A stretch of DNA of 64,000 nucleotides from the NCBI RefSeq assembly GCF_009914755.1, contig NC_060935.1. One strand, written 5' to 3'. Each line of letters opens with the position of its first letter. Within the stretch, counting starts at the first letter, position 1. The position numbers and the translations under genes were made by a program. This DNA is from the human T2T-CHM13v2.0 reference genome, Homo sapiens. The notes under the pieces were generated by a model. It saw only the letters and a program-made list of their open reading frames with translations, ran no database searches and was not told the DNA's origin. Shown piece after piece: positions 36,785-50,320 of the stretch.

Positions 36785-37695
36785 TTCTTATTTTGAGATA
36801 ATAATACTTACATGCCGTTGTAAGAAATAATACAGACAGATTGAGTATATTTAATCCACTTTCTCCCAATTCTAACATCTTGCATAATTATAGTACAGTA
36901 TCACAACCAGAATATTGACATTAATACAACCCACCAATTTTATTCATATCTCTTCAGTTGTATATGTATTCATCTGCATGTGTCTGTGGGTATGTTTTTA
37001 GTTCCATACAATTTTATCGCAAGTGTAGATTTCTATATTTGCCACCACAGTCAAGATACAGAACATTTCCATCACCACAAAGATCCTTTGTGTTGCCTTC
37101 TTATAAGGACACCTCTCTCCCCTACCCCACACCCTGTTACTAACACCTAGCAATTACAAATCTGTTATCATTTCCAAAATACTGCCATTTCAAAAGTGTC
37201 ATCAGTGGAATCATACAGTAAGTAATTTATTTTTTCCACTCAGCCTAATTTCCTAAATATTCATCCAGGTAGTTGCATGTATCAATAATTCATTCCTTTT
37301 TATTACTAAGTAGTATTTCACAGTATTGGATATACCATAGATTGTTTAACCATTTACCCACTGAAAAACATAAAGTTTGTTTTCAATTTGGGGCTATTAA
37401 AATAAAGCTGCTATGAACTTTTGTACATGGGTTTTTATATCAACATAAATTTGTCTGTCATAAATGCCCAAGAGTGCAATTGCTAGGTTGTATGATAATT
37501 TCGCTGTTTTATAAGAAACTGTCAAACTTTTTGCCAGAGTGGCTGGATGATTTTTTCATTCCTACCAGCAATGTATGAATAATCCAGTTTTTTTTGTATT
37601 TTGTCAGCATTTGCATTGTTACTATTTTTATCTTAGCCATTTTGTGATTTGTGTTTATTTTCCTTTTTGTCAATCTTTTTAAAAATAATCAGCTT
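36785..37695 (-). mobile_element. L1MC-like 3' end
   Basis: GTTGTAAGAAATAATACAGA...TATAGTACAGTATCACAACCAG L1MC 3'UTR signature. Confidence 0.7.
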
Positions 37696-37696
37696 T

Positions 37697-38220
37697 TTAA
37701 TTTTTTAAGTTTTATTGAGATAATTAACAAATAAAAAATATATATTTAAGATGTAGAATGTGATGTTTTGACATACACATACATATGAAATGATTAACAA
37801 GTAAGCTAATTAACATTTCCGTCACCTCGCATAGTTACCTCTTGGTTGCTGTCATTATGATAATACTTAAGATCTATTCACTTAGCAAATTTCAAATAAA
37901 CAAATACATTACTATTAACTGTGGTCACCATGTTTTTTATTAAGTCTCCAAAACTTACGTATCTTATAATTTAAACTTGTACTCTTTGACTTCCCCATTT
38001 CCTCTAACTCTGGGCCACTAGTAACCACCCTTTTACTTTCTGTTTCTAGGAGTTCAGCTTTTTTAGATCCCACAGGTAAGAGGGATCATGTAGAATTTGT
38101 CTCTGTCAGGCCTATTTCATTTAGTATAATGCCCTCCAGATGCATCCATGTTGTCAAAAATGACAGGATTTTCTTCTTTTTAAAGACTGAGTAATATTTT
38201 CCTCCCCCTCCCCCGTCCCC

Positions 38221-38265
<45 letters not shown>

Positions 38266-41055
38266 CAACATCTTTATTAACTCATCTGTCAATGGACACT
38301 TAGATTGTTCATCCTGGCTGTCTGGGTTAATGCTACAATGAATATGAAATGCACGTATCTCTTTGAAATAGTGATTTTCTCTCCTTTGGATATATATCCA
38401 GGAGTGGTATTGCTGGATCATATAGTAATTCTACTTTTATGGAACCTCCATACTGTTTCCCGTAATGGTTATACTAATTTATAGTTGCTACCAATAGTGT
38501 ATAAGGTTTCCATTTTCTCCACATCCTCACCAATATTTGTCTTTTTTCTTTTTGATAGTAACCACCTTAACAGGTGTGAGGTGATACCTCATTGTGGTTT
38601 TCTTTTTCATTTCTTTGGCGTTAGTAATGTTGAGCATTTTTTCATATACTCATTGGTCATTTGTATGTCTTCTTTGGAAAAATGTCTGTTGAAGTCCTTT
38701 GTCCAGTTTTTGATCAGGTTATTTTTGTGCTAAGGAGTTGTCTGAGTTTTTTATATATTTTTGATATAACCACTTATTTCATATATGGTTTGCAAACATT
38801 TTTGCCTATTCTGTAGGCATTTTTGCCTTTTCATTTTGTTAATTGTGTCGTTTGCTGTGCAGAAAATTTTTAGTTCAATATAATCCCACTTGTCCATTTT
38901 TGGCTTTTGTTTCCTGTGATTTTGAGGTGATATCCAAAAAGAAAAAATCATGGCCAAGACCAATGTCATGGACCTTTCCCTTTGTCATGTTTTTTTCTGG
39001 GAGTTTTATGGCTTCAGATTTTATGTTCAAGTATTTATTTTGAGGTGATTTTTATGTATAGTGTAAATTAAGGATCCAATTTTATTTGTTTTACATGTGG
39101 GTATTCAGTTTTCTCAACACCATTCATTGAAGACACTATTTTTTCCCCTATTGTGTATTCTTGATGCCTTGGTTGAAGATTAGTTCACCATATATGTGTG
39201 GATTTATTTCTGGATATTCTATTCTGTTTCAGTAGTCTGTGTTTCTATTTTTATGTCAGCATCATACTATTTTGATTACTATTAGCTTTTTAATATAATT
39301 TGAAGTCAGGAACTATGATATTTCCAGCTTTATTCTTCTTACTCAAGATTACTTTAGCTATTTGAGGTCTTTTGTGGATCCATACAAATTTTAGTGTTTT
39401 TTCTGTTTCTGTGAAATGTGCCCTTGGAATTTGGTAGAAACTGCATTGAGTCTGTAGATAGCTGTGGGATGCTTTAGGCATTTTAATAGTATTAATTCTT
39501 GTAATTCATGAACATCAGATGTCTTTCCATTTACTTGTGTCTTCTTCAATTTCTCTCATTAATGTTTTATAGTTTTCAGGGTATAGATCTTACATGTTGG
39601 TTAAATTTATTCATAAATGTTTTAAAAATGTGATTGTAAATGGGGTTGTTTTCTTGATTTCTTTTTTGGATAGTTCATTGTTAGCATATAGAAACACTAC
39701 TGATTTTTGTGTGTTGATTTTGTATTCTGAAAATTTGCTTCATTCATTTCTTAGTTCTAATAACTTTTTTTTGTGGAGTCTTTAGATCATGTTACCTGCC
39801 AGTGGAGACAATTTTACTTCTTCTTTTCAGATTTGAATGACTTTCATTTCTTTTTCTTGTCTAGTTACTTTGGCTAGAAATTTTAGTACTGTGTTGAACA
39901 GATGTGACAAATGTGGGCATCCTTGTTTTTTTCCTGATCTTAGAGGGAAAGTTTTCAGCTTTTCACTGTTGAACACTTTGTTAGCTGTGGAATTGTTATA
40001 TATAGACTTGAAAGAGAAATTTAGAAATATCTTAAAACAAAAATGAGAACATAAAATTTATGGGATGCAGCAAAAGCAGTTCTCAGATGGAAGTTTACAG
40101 CAATAAGTACCTATATAAAGAAAAGAGAAAGATTTCAAGTAAGCAATCTAAATTTACACCTTAATAAACTGGAAAACAAACCCAAGATAAATCCAAAATT
40201 AGTAGAAGAAAAAAGTAGCAAAATCAGAACAGAAATAAATTAGAGACTAGAAAAGCGATGGAAAAAAATCAACAAAACTTAGAGTTTGTTTTTTGAAAAG
40301 ATAAGTAAAATTGACAAACTCTTAGCTAGAGTAACTAAAAAAAGAGAAAAAACACAAATAAAATTAGAAATAAAAGAGGACACATTACAACTGATATTAT
40401 AGAAATGTAAAACACTGTAAGAGACTGCCATGAACAATTAAATGCCAGCAAGTTGGATAACCTGGAAGAAATGGACAAATTCCTAGAAACATACAACCTA
40501 TCAAAACTGAATCATTAATAAATAGAACATGAACAGACCAATAATGAGAGTAAGGAGATTGAATCAATAATCAAAAATCTCCCATCAAAGAAGAGCCCAG
40601 GATCAGATGGCTTCATGACAGAATTCTATCAAACATTAAAAATGAACTAATAACAATCCTTCTCAAACTCTTCCAAAAGATTGAAGAGAAGGTACCACTT
40701 TCAAACTCATTTTATGAGGCTAGAGTTACCTTAATTCTAATGCCATATAGGGACACAACAAGAAAAAAAATTACAGGCCACTATCCCTGATAAACAGACA
40801 TAAAAATCCTCAACAAAATACTAGCAAACTGAATTCTCAACCACACATTAAAAGCGTTATACACCATGATCAAATGAGATTTATTTCTGGGAAGCAACGA
40901 TGGCTCAACCTACACAAATCAATGAATCTGATACACTGCATTAGTAGAATGAAGATAAAAATAACATGACCATCTCAATAGATCAAGGAAAAGTAGTTGA
41001 CAAAATTCAATGTGTTTTCATAATAAAAACTCTCAACAAATAAGGCATAGAGAAA
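37697..41055 (-). mobile_element. L1MA8/9-like element with 5' inversion (40008-41055 on + strand)
   Basis: An L1MA 3'UTR and antisense ORF2 run to about 40005, then sense-strand ORF2 (EKFRNILK...KTLNK) runs to about 41052. (GT)n at 38223-38261. Confidence 0.8.
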
Positions 41056-42327
41056 TTAATTTTCTGATCATTGATGTTACCTACTTTTTTCCTGTTTTGG
41101 ATTTCATTAGTTTCTGTTCATTATCCTTATTATGTTTTTCCTTTTGTCTGGTCTGTGCTTACATTGCTCCTCTTTTTCTAGTTTCTTAAGATAGAAACTT
41201 TATTGATTTGAGACCTTTTTTTCTAATGGAAACATTTACTGCTATAAATTTTCTTCTCAGCACTGCTTTAACTGGATCCTACATATTCTGAGACATGTTT
41301 TTTAATTTTTATTCAATTGTATGTATTTTTAAAAATTTCCCTTGAGATTTCCTGTTTAGCCCATGGATTACTTAGAAGTGTGTTGTTTAATTTCCAATTA
41401 TTTGGAGATTTTTCTAATGTATTTCTACCATTGATTTCTAGCTTGATTCCATGACAAAGAACATACCTTATATAAATTCAAGATTTTAAAAATTTTTGAT
41501 GTTTGTTTTATGGTTGAGAACTTGGGCTACCCTGGTGAATGTTCTGGACTACTTGAAAACAAAAATATTCTGCTACTTTTGTCTGAAGTGTTCTCTATAT
41601 GCCAATTAGATCTTATTGGTTAGTTGTGTTGTGCAGTTCTATATTCTTGCTGATTTTCTATCTGGTGGTTCTATCATTTCCTGAGAGTAAGATAGAAAAT
41701 TCTCAGCTATAATTTTGGATTTGTCTATTTCTCCTTTAAAATGTATAAGTTTTTGCTTATGTATTTTGAGGCTCTGTTGTTTGGCACATGCACACTAGGA
41801 TTATGATGTTCACCTGGTGGATTGATCCTTTTATCATTATGTAATGCTCCTCTTTGTGTCTTATAATTTTCTTTTGTTTGAAGTCTACCTCATTTGACAT
41901 TAATATAGTGACTTCTGCTTTTTGTATTACTGTTTGCCTGATATATCTGTTTTCAATTGTTTACTTACAACCTATCTATGTCTTTGTATTTGAAGTGAAT
42001 TTCATAGACAGCATATTGTTGTATCTTTTTATCCACTTTGGCAATATGTTTTAATCAATGTATTTAAACCACCACTTAAATTTGATATAATTATTTAGTT
42101 GTTAGGGCTTAGGTCTCCCATTTTATTATTTGTTTTTCTTTTCTGTTGGTCCTGTTTCTTCCTCCTCTTCTGTTGGTCCTGTTTCTTCCTCCTCTTTATT
42201 TTTTTTTTTTTTTTTTACCTTCCTGTGGGGTACTTGGGCAATTTTTAGGATTCCATCCTGATTTATATATAGTATTTTTTAGTATTTGCTTTGTATAGTT
42301 TCCTTAGTAGTTGCTATAGGTATTACA

Positions 42328-42750
42328 CTATACATATATGTGTATATACACCATGTATATACACATATATGTATATTTACACACATACATGATATATATA
42401 ACATTAGTGTATATATAACACTACATATACTCTATATATACACACACACTATGTCATGTAATGTAATACCTACAGAAACTACTAAGAAAACTATACAAAG
42501 CAAATACCAAATGTATGTGTATGTATATATATAATGTATATATAAATACTATAAGTATATATATAATAAATATACAAATACCATATGTATTTATAAATAT
42601 GTTGGAATATATAGTGTGTACATATATATACATAGTGTGTATATATTTATATGTATATATACACACATATATGTGTATATATACATACTATATATATATT
42701 CCAACATTCCATATAGTATGTGTATGTATATACACACTACATATACATAT
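42328..42750. repeat. TA/CA-rich low-complexity tract containing an inverted duplication
   Basis: Direct inspection. Confidence 0.85.
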
Positions 42751-43607
42751 AAAACTTATCACTGTCTACTTGCACTTAAATGTAGAAAGATTACTTCCAT
42801 TTAGTTTCCTTTACCCTCCAACTTTTTAGGTATAATTGCCTTAAGTGTTTTCTATATGTACACTGAGCACTGTATCAAATGACATTATAATTTTTACTTT
42901 AATTATCAAGTAATTCAAGGAACTTATGAAAAAGACTATTATATTTGCCCCATTTTTAGTCATTCCAACACTCTTCTTTTCCTTTGAAATAATTTTCTGT
43001 TAGCAATTCCTTTCCTTGAGCAATTCTTTAAGGGAAGGCTTGCTGGTAACATATTCTCTTAGTTTATTTTCATCTGAAAATGTTTTATTAGCCCTTCATT
43101 TCTGAATAGTATTTTCATCAGGTTAAAATTTCCTTCCTTTGACAGTTCTTACCTTTTAGTACTTGGAAAATGTGTTACTTACTTCTGGCCTCCATGGTTT
43201 TATAAGGGAAAGCTGCAGTCATTTGAATTGAAATTCTCTTATTAGTAATGTGTTATTTCCCTCCAGTTGCTTTCAAGACTTGTTTCTTTGACTTTATTTT
43301 TTAGAAGTTTGATTATGCTGTGTCCCAGCATGTATTTTGCTCCATTTATTCTCTTTGGGGTTCACTCAGCATCTTGAATCTATAGGTTTATGTTGTTTGT
43401 TGTTTGTTTTGTTTGCCAAATTTGGGGAATGTTCAGCCATTATTTCCACGAATTTTTTTTTAGTCTCTCTCTCTTTTTCTTCTCTTTTCCTATAATTCTG
43501 AAGATATAAATATTAGCTCATTTGTTATTGTTTCACAGCTCCCTGAGGCTCTATTTATTGATTTTTATCTATTTTATTCCTTTTGTTCAGATTGGACAAG
43601 TTCTCTA

Positions 43608-43832
43608 TTTTTTTTTTCTTTTTTCTTTGAGATAGGGTTTCACTCTGTCACCCAGAGGAGTGCAGTGGCACGATCTAAGCTCACTGCAGCCTCAATCTCC
43701 TGGGCTCAAGTGATCTTCCCAACTCAGCCTCCCTAGTAGTTGGGACTACAGGTGTGAGTCAACATGCCCAGTTAATTTTTATACTTCTTGTAGGGACAGG
43801 GTTTTGCCATGTTTCCCAGGCTGGTCTCAAAC
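43608..43832 (-). mobile_element. 5'-truncated AluJ
   Basis: AluJ diagnostics (GCAGCCTCAA, GGGCTCAAG); flanks ATTGGACAAGTTCT / ATTGGATAAATTCT. Confidence 0.85.
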
Positions 43833-43954
43833 AAAATTGGATAAATTCTAATATGTCTTGAGGTTCATTGATTCTATCCTCTTCACTCTACTACTGAGCC
43901 TATTTTATGAGCCTTTATTATGGTATTTTTAAGTTCTACAACTTCCATTTGGTT

Positions 43955-46900
43955 CTTTTTTTAAAAATTTTACTTTAAGTTTTGGGATACATCTGCAGAA
44001 CGTGCAGGTTTGTTACATAGGTGTACGTGTGCCATGGTGGTTTGCTGCACCTATCTACCCATCATCTAGGTTTTAAGCCCCACACGCATTAGCTGTTTGT
44101 CCTGATGCTCTCCCTCCCTTTGCCCCCTAGTGCCTGACAGGCCCTGGTGTGTGTTGTTCCCCTCCCTGTGTCCATGTGTTCTCATTGTTCAACTCCCACT
44201 TACAAGTGAGAACATGTGGTGTTTGGTTTTATGTTCCTGTGTTAGTTTGCTGAGGGTAACGGCTTGCCACTTCATCCATATCCCTGCAAAAGACATCTCA
44301 TTCCTTTTTATGGCTGCATCGTATTCCATGGTGTATATGTACCACATTTTCTTTATCCAGTCTATCATTGATGGCATTTGGGTTGGTTTCATGTCTTTGC
44401 TACTGTAAACAGTGCTGCAATAAACATACGTGTGCATGTGTCTTTATAGTAAAATGATTTATATTCCTTTGCATATATACCCAGTAATGAGGTTGCCACG
44501 TCAAATGGTATTTCTGGTTTTAAATCCTTGAGGAACCACCACACTGTCTTCTACAATGTTTAAACTAATTTACATTCCCAACAACAGTGTAAAAGCATTC
44601 CTATTTCTCCACAGCCTTGCCAGCACCTATTGTTTCTTGACATTTTAATAATCGCCATTCTGACTGGCATGAGACGGTATCTCATTGTGGTTTTGATTTG
44701 CATTTCTCTAATGATCAGTGATTTTTGAGCTTTTTTTTCATATGTTTGTTGTCTGCATAAATGTCTTCTTTTGAGATGTGTCTGTTCATGCCTTTTGCCC
44801 ACTTTTTGATGAGGTTGGTTGTTGTTTTTCTTGTAAATTTGTTTAAACTCCTTGTAGATTCTGGATATTAGCCCTTTGTCAGATGGGTAGATTGCAAAAA
44901 TTGTCTCCTATTCTGTAGGTTGCCTGTTCACTCTGATGATAGTTTCCTTTGCTGTGCAGAAGCTCTTTAGTTTAATTAGATCCCATTTGTCAGTTTTAGT
45001 TTTTGTTGCAATTGCTGTTGGCATTTTCGTCATGAAATCTTTGTCCGTGCCTATATCCTGAATGGTATTGCCTAGGTTTTCTTCTAGGGTTTTTATGGTT
45101 TGGGGCTTTACATTTAAGTCTTTACTTCATCCTGAGTTAATTTTTGTATAAGGTATATGGAAGGGGTCCAGTTTCAGTTTTCTGAATATGGCTAGCCAGT
45201 TTTCCCAGCACCGTTCATTACATAGGGAATCCTTTCCCTATTGCTTGCTTTTGTCAGGTTTGTCAAATATCAGATGGTTGTAGATGTGTGGTGTTATTTC
45301 TGAGGTCTCTGTCCTGTTCCCTTGGCCTATATGTCTGTTTTGGTACTAGTACTGTGCTGTTTTGGTTACTATAGCCTTGTAGTATAGTTTGGAGTCAGGT
45401 AGTGTGATGCCTCCAGCTTTGTTCTTTTTGCTTAGGACTGTCTTGGCTATATGGGCTGTTTTTGGGCTCCAAATGAAATTTAAAGTAGTTTTTTCTAATT
45501 CAGTGAAGAATGTCAGTGATAGTTTGATGGGAATAGGATTGAATCTACAAATTACTTCGGGCAGTATGGCCATTTTTATTATGTTGATTCTTCCTATTCA
45601 TGCACGTGGAATCTTTTGCCATTTGTTTGTGTCCTCTCTTATTTCCTTGAGCAATGGTTTGTAGTCCTCCTTGAAGAGGTCCTTCACATCCCTTGTTAGC
45701 TGTATTCCTAGGTATTTTATTCTCTTTGTAACAATTGCGAATGGGAGTTCATTCGTGATTTGGCTCTCTGCTTGTCTATTGTTGGTGTATAGGAACGCTT
45801 GTGATTTTTGTACATTGATTTTGTATTCTGAGACTGCTAAAGTTGCTTATCAGCTTAAGGAGTTTTTGAGCTGAGATGATGGAGTTTTCTAAATATGGAA
45901 TCATGTTATCTGCAAACAGAGACAATTTGACTTCCTCTCTTCCCCTTTGAATACCCTTTATTTCTTTCTCTTGCCTGATTGTCCTGGCCAGAACTTCCAA
46001 CACTATGTTGAATAGGAGTGGTGAGAGAGGGCATCCTTGTCTTGTGCCAATTTTCAAAGGTAATACTTCAAGTTTTTTTCCCAATCAGTATGATATTGGC
46101 TGTGGGTCTGTCATAAATAGCTCTTATTATTTTGAGATATATTCCATCAATACCTAGTTTATTGAGAGTTTTTAACATGAAGGGATATTGAATTTTATCA
46201 AAGGCCTTTTCTGCATCTATTGAGATAATCATGTGGTTTTTGTCTTTGGTTGTGTTTATGTGATGGATTATGTTTATTGATTTGTGTATGTTGAACCAGC
46301 CTTGCATCCCAGGGATGAAGCCAACTTGATTATGGTGGATAAGTTTTTTGATGTGCTGCTGTATTTGGTTTGCCCGTATTTTATTGAGGATTTTTGCATC
46401 AATGTTCTTCAGGGATATTGGCCTGAAGTTTTCTTTTTTTTGTTGTAACTCTGCCAGGTTTTGATATCAGGATGATGCTGGCCTCATAAAATGAGTTAGG
46501 GAGGAGTCCCTCCTTTTCACTTGGTTGGAATAATTTCAGAAGGAATGGTACCAGCTCCTCTTTGTACCTCTGGTAGGATCTGACTGAATCCATCTGGTCC
46601 TGGGCTTTTTTTGGTTGGTAGGCCTTTAATTAGTGCCTCAATTTCAGAACTTGTTATTGGTCTATTCAGAGATTCGACTTCTTCCTGGTTTAGTCTTGGG
46701 AGGGTGTATGTGACCAGGAATTTATCCTTTTTTTTCCTAGATTTTGTAGTTTATTTGCATAGAGGTATTAATAGTATTCTCTAATGGTAGTTTGTATTTC
46801 GGTAGGGTCAGTGTGATATCCCCTTTATGATTTTTCATTGTGTCTGTTTGATTCTTCTCTCTTTTCTTCTTTACTAGTCTATATAGTGGTCTATTTTGTT

Positions 46901-49718
46901 AATTTATTCAAAAACCAGCTCCTGGATTCCTTAATTTTTTGAAGGGTTTTTTTTTTCCTCTATCTCATTCATTTCTGCTCCAATCTTAGTTATTTCTTGT
47001 CTTCTGCTGGCCTTTGGATTTGTTTGCTCTTGCTCCTCTAGTTCTTTTAATTGTGATGTTAGGGTGTTGATTTGAGATCTTTCTAGCTTTCTGAAGTTGG
47101 CATTTAGTGCTATAAGTTCCCTCTTAATACTGCTTTAGCTGTGTCCCAGAGATTCTAGTACATTGTCTTTTTGTTCTCATTGGTTTCAAATAACTTACTG
47201 ATTTCTGCTTTAATTTCATTATTTACCAAGGAGTCATTCAGGAGCAGCTTGTTCAATTTCCATGTAGTTGTGGGGTTTTGAGTGAGTTTCTTAATCCTGA
47301 GTTCTAATTTGTTTGCATTGTGGTCTGAGAGACTGCTTGTTATGATTTCACTCTATTGAATTTGCTGAGGAATGTTTTACTTCCAATTATGTGGTGGGTT
47401 TCAGAATAAGTGCAAGGTAGCACTGAGAAGAATGTATATTCTGTTGATTTTGGGTGGAGAGTTCTGTAGATGTCTATTAGATACACTTGATCCAGAACTG
47501 AGTTCAAGTCCTGAATATGCTTGTTAATTTTCTGTCTTGTTGATATGTCTAATATTGACAGTGGGGTATTAAAGTCTCCCACTATTATTGTGTGGGAGTA
47601 TAAGTCTCTTTGTAGGTCTCTAAGAACTTGTTTTATGAATCTGAGTGCTGCTGTATTGGGTGCATATATATTTAGGATAGTTAGCTCTTATTGTTGCATT
47701 GATCCCTTTACCATTATGTGATCTTTTTTGATCTTTGTTGGTTTAAAGTCTGTTTTGTCAGAGACTGGGATTACAACCCCTAATTTTTTTTTTGCTTTCC
47801 TTTTGCTTGGTAATTTTTCCTCCATCCCTTTATTTTGAACCTATGTGTGTTTTGCACATGAGGTGTGTCTCCTGAATACAGCACATTGATGGGTCTTGAC
47901 TGTTTATTCAATTTGCCAATCTGTGTCTTTTAATTGGGGCATTTAGCCTATTTACATTTAAGGTTAATATTGTTATGTGTGAATTTGATCCTGTCATCAT
48001 GATGCTAGCTGGTTATTTTGCACCCTAGTTGATGCCGTTTCCTCATAGTGTCATTGGTCTTTATATTTTGGTGTGTTTCTTCAATGGCTGGTACCATTTT
48101 ATCCTTTTCATATTTACTGCTTCCTTCAGAAGCTCTTGCAAGGCAGGCCTGGTGGTGATGAATTCCCTCAGCATTTGTTTGTCTTTGGATTTTATTACTC
48201 CTTCACTTATGAAGCTTAGTTTGGCTGGATATGAAATTTTGGGCTGAAAATTCTTTCTTTAAGAATGTTGAATTTTGGCTCCACTGTCTTCTGGCTTGTA
48301 GGGTTTCTGAGGAAAGATCTGCTGTTAGTCTGATGGGCTTCCCTTTGTAGGTGATATGGCCTTTCTCTCTGGCTGCCCTTAACATTTTTTTGCTTCATTT
48401 CAACCTTGGAGAATCTGATGATTATGTGCCTTCGGGTTGCTCTTCTCGTGGAGTATCTTTGTGGTGTTCTCTGTATTTCCTGAATTTGAATGTTGGCCTG
48501 TCTTGCTAGGTTGAGGAAGTTCTCCTGGATGATATCCTGAAGAGTGTTTTCCAACTTGGTTCCATTCTCCCCATCTCTTTTAGGTACTCCAATCAGTTGT
48601 AGGTTTGGTCTTTTTATATAGTCCCATATTTCTCGGGGGTTTTGTTCGTTCCTTTTCATTCTTTTTTCTCTAGTCTTGTCTGCCTGTCTTATTTCAGCAA
48701 GATGGTCTTCAAACTCTGATATTCTTTTTTTTTTTTTTTGCTTGATCAATTCAGCTATTGATACTTGTGTATGCTTCATAAAGTTCTTGTGCTATGTTTT
48801 TCAGCTCCATCAGGCCATTTATGTTCCTCTCTAAACTGGTTATTCTAGTTAGCAGCTCCTGTAACCTTTTATCGAGGTTTTTAACTTCTTTATGTTGAGT
48901 TAGAACATGCTTCTTTAGTGCAGTGGAGTTTGTTATTACCTGCCATCTGAAGCCTCCTTCTGTCACTTCATCCAACTCATCCTCCACCCAGTTCTGTGCC
49001 CTTCCTGGAGAGGTGTCACAATCATTTGGAAGAGAATAGGCACTCTGGCCTTTTGGGTTTTCAGTGTTTCTTTGTTGATTATTTCTCATCTTCATGAGTT
49101 TGTCTGGTTTTGATCTTTGAGGCTGCTGACCCTTAGGTTTTTGTGAGGACTTTTTTGTTGATGCTTTTGTTGTTGCTTTCTGTTTGTTTTTCTTTCAATG
49201 TCAGGTCCCTCTTCTGTAGGGCTGCTGCAGTTTGCTGGGGGGTTCACTTCAGGCCCTATTCATCTGGTTCACTCCCATGCCTGGAGATGTCACTCAAGAA
49301 GGCTGGAGAACAGCAAACATGGGTGCCTGCTTTTTCCTCTGGGATCTCTCAGCTCAAGGGGCACCTACCTGATGCCAGTAGGAACACTTCAGTGTGGGGT
49401 GTCTGACAACCCCTGTTGGAGGGTCTCACCCAGTTGGGTGGCACGGGGAGCCAGACCAGTTTAACGAAACACTTTGGCTGTCCCTTGGTGGAGAAGGTGT
49501 GCTGCACTGGAGAGAAACCCACCTGTTTGGGCTGCCCGAATTCCTCAGAACTAGCAGGAGGAAAGACTAAGTCTGCTGGTCCACAAAGACTAGTGGGAGA
49601 CCCCTCCCACTAGGGGCTGAGGCCCAGGGAGATGAGGGTTCTGTCCCTGAGCCCCTGGCCGGAGTTGGAGTTCCTACAGGGAGGCCCCGCCCAGTAAGGA
49701 GGGATGGGTCAGGGTCAC
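43955..49718 (-). mobile_element. Near-full-length disrupted L1PA8/8A-like LINE-1 with truncated 5'UTR
   Basis: 3'UTR CATCTAGGTTTTAAGCCCC; fragmented ORF2 (about 44189-47997) and ORF1 (about 48060-49095, MRNNQQRNTENPK...); about 620 bp of 5'UTR. Confidence 0.88.
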
Positions 49719-49719
49719 A

Positions 49720-50320
49720 AATTTAAATTTGTATAAGGACTTTGGACAACCTTTGGCACTCTGTACTAGAGCAAAACATGAATACTCTATGTCCCAACAA
49801 TTTTGCTCCTGGTTACGTACTCAAAAAAAAAAAAAAAAAGAAAAAGAAAAAGAATGCTGATATCTCCTAATGGACATGTGAAAAACTGTTCATAGCAATG
49901 CTTTATATAACGGCTCTAAACTAGAAACAACCCAAATAATAGATTTACTAAATTGTGGCATATTCATATGGAGTTATGCGCCACAACAATGAAAAATCAT
50001 CAAACTACTGCTTTATGCACCAACGGAATTAATCTTACAGACGTGATGATTAGTGGAAGAGTACTAACACAAAAGAGTATGTACTATATAAAGCCACATA
50101 TATGAGATTCAAGAATAAGCAAAGCCAATGGTGATAGAGGCCAGAACAGCGGTCATCTTTGCAGGAGCAGTATATTGACTGAGAACAGTCATGATGGAAA
50201 CTGCTGGTGCTGAAAATGTCCCGTATCTTCATGTGCGTGTTGGTAAACAGGTACAAATATGTGCATATTTAACATCTGGGCACTTTGTTATATGTAGGTT
50301 CTACTTCAATAAAAAAGTAA
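49720..50320 (+). mobile_element. L1ME-like 3' end
   Basis: Sense-strand ORF2 end and 3'UTR (CTAGAAACAACCCAAAT, ...CTTCAATAAAAAAG). Confidence 0.6.

Larger units (their letters stand above)
41056..43950 (-). mobile_element. L1MC-like ORF2/ORF1 remnant (continuation of the host element)
   Basis: Antisense L1 motifs GCTATAAATTTTCTTCTCAGCACTGCTTT and ATTGATCCTTTTATCATTATG. Confidence 0.65.
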
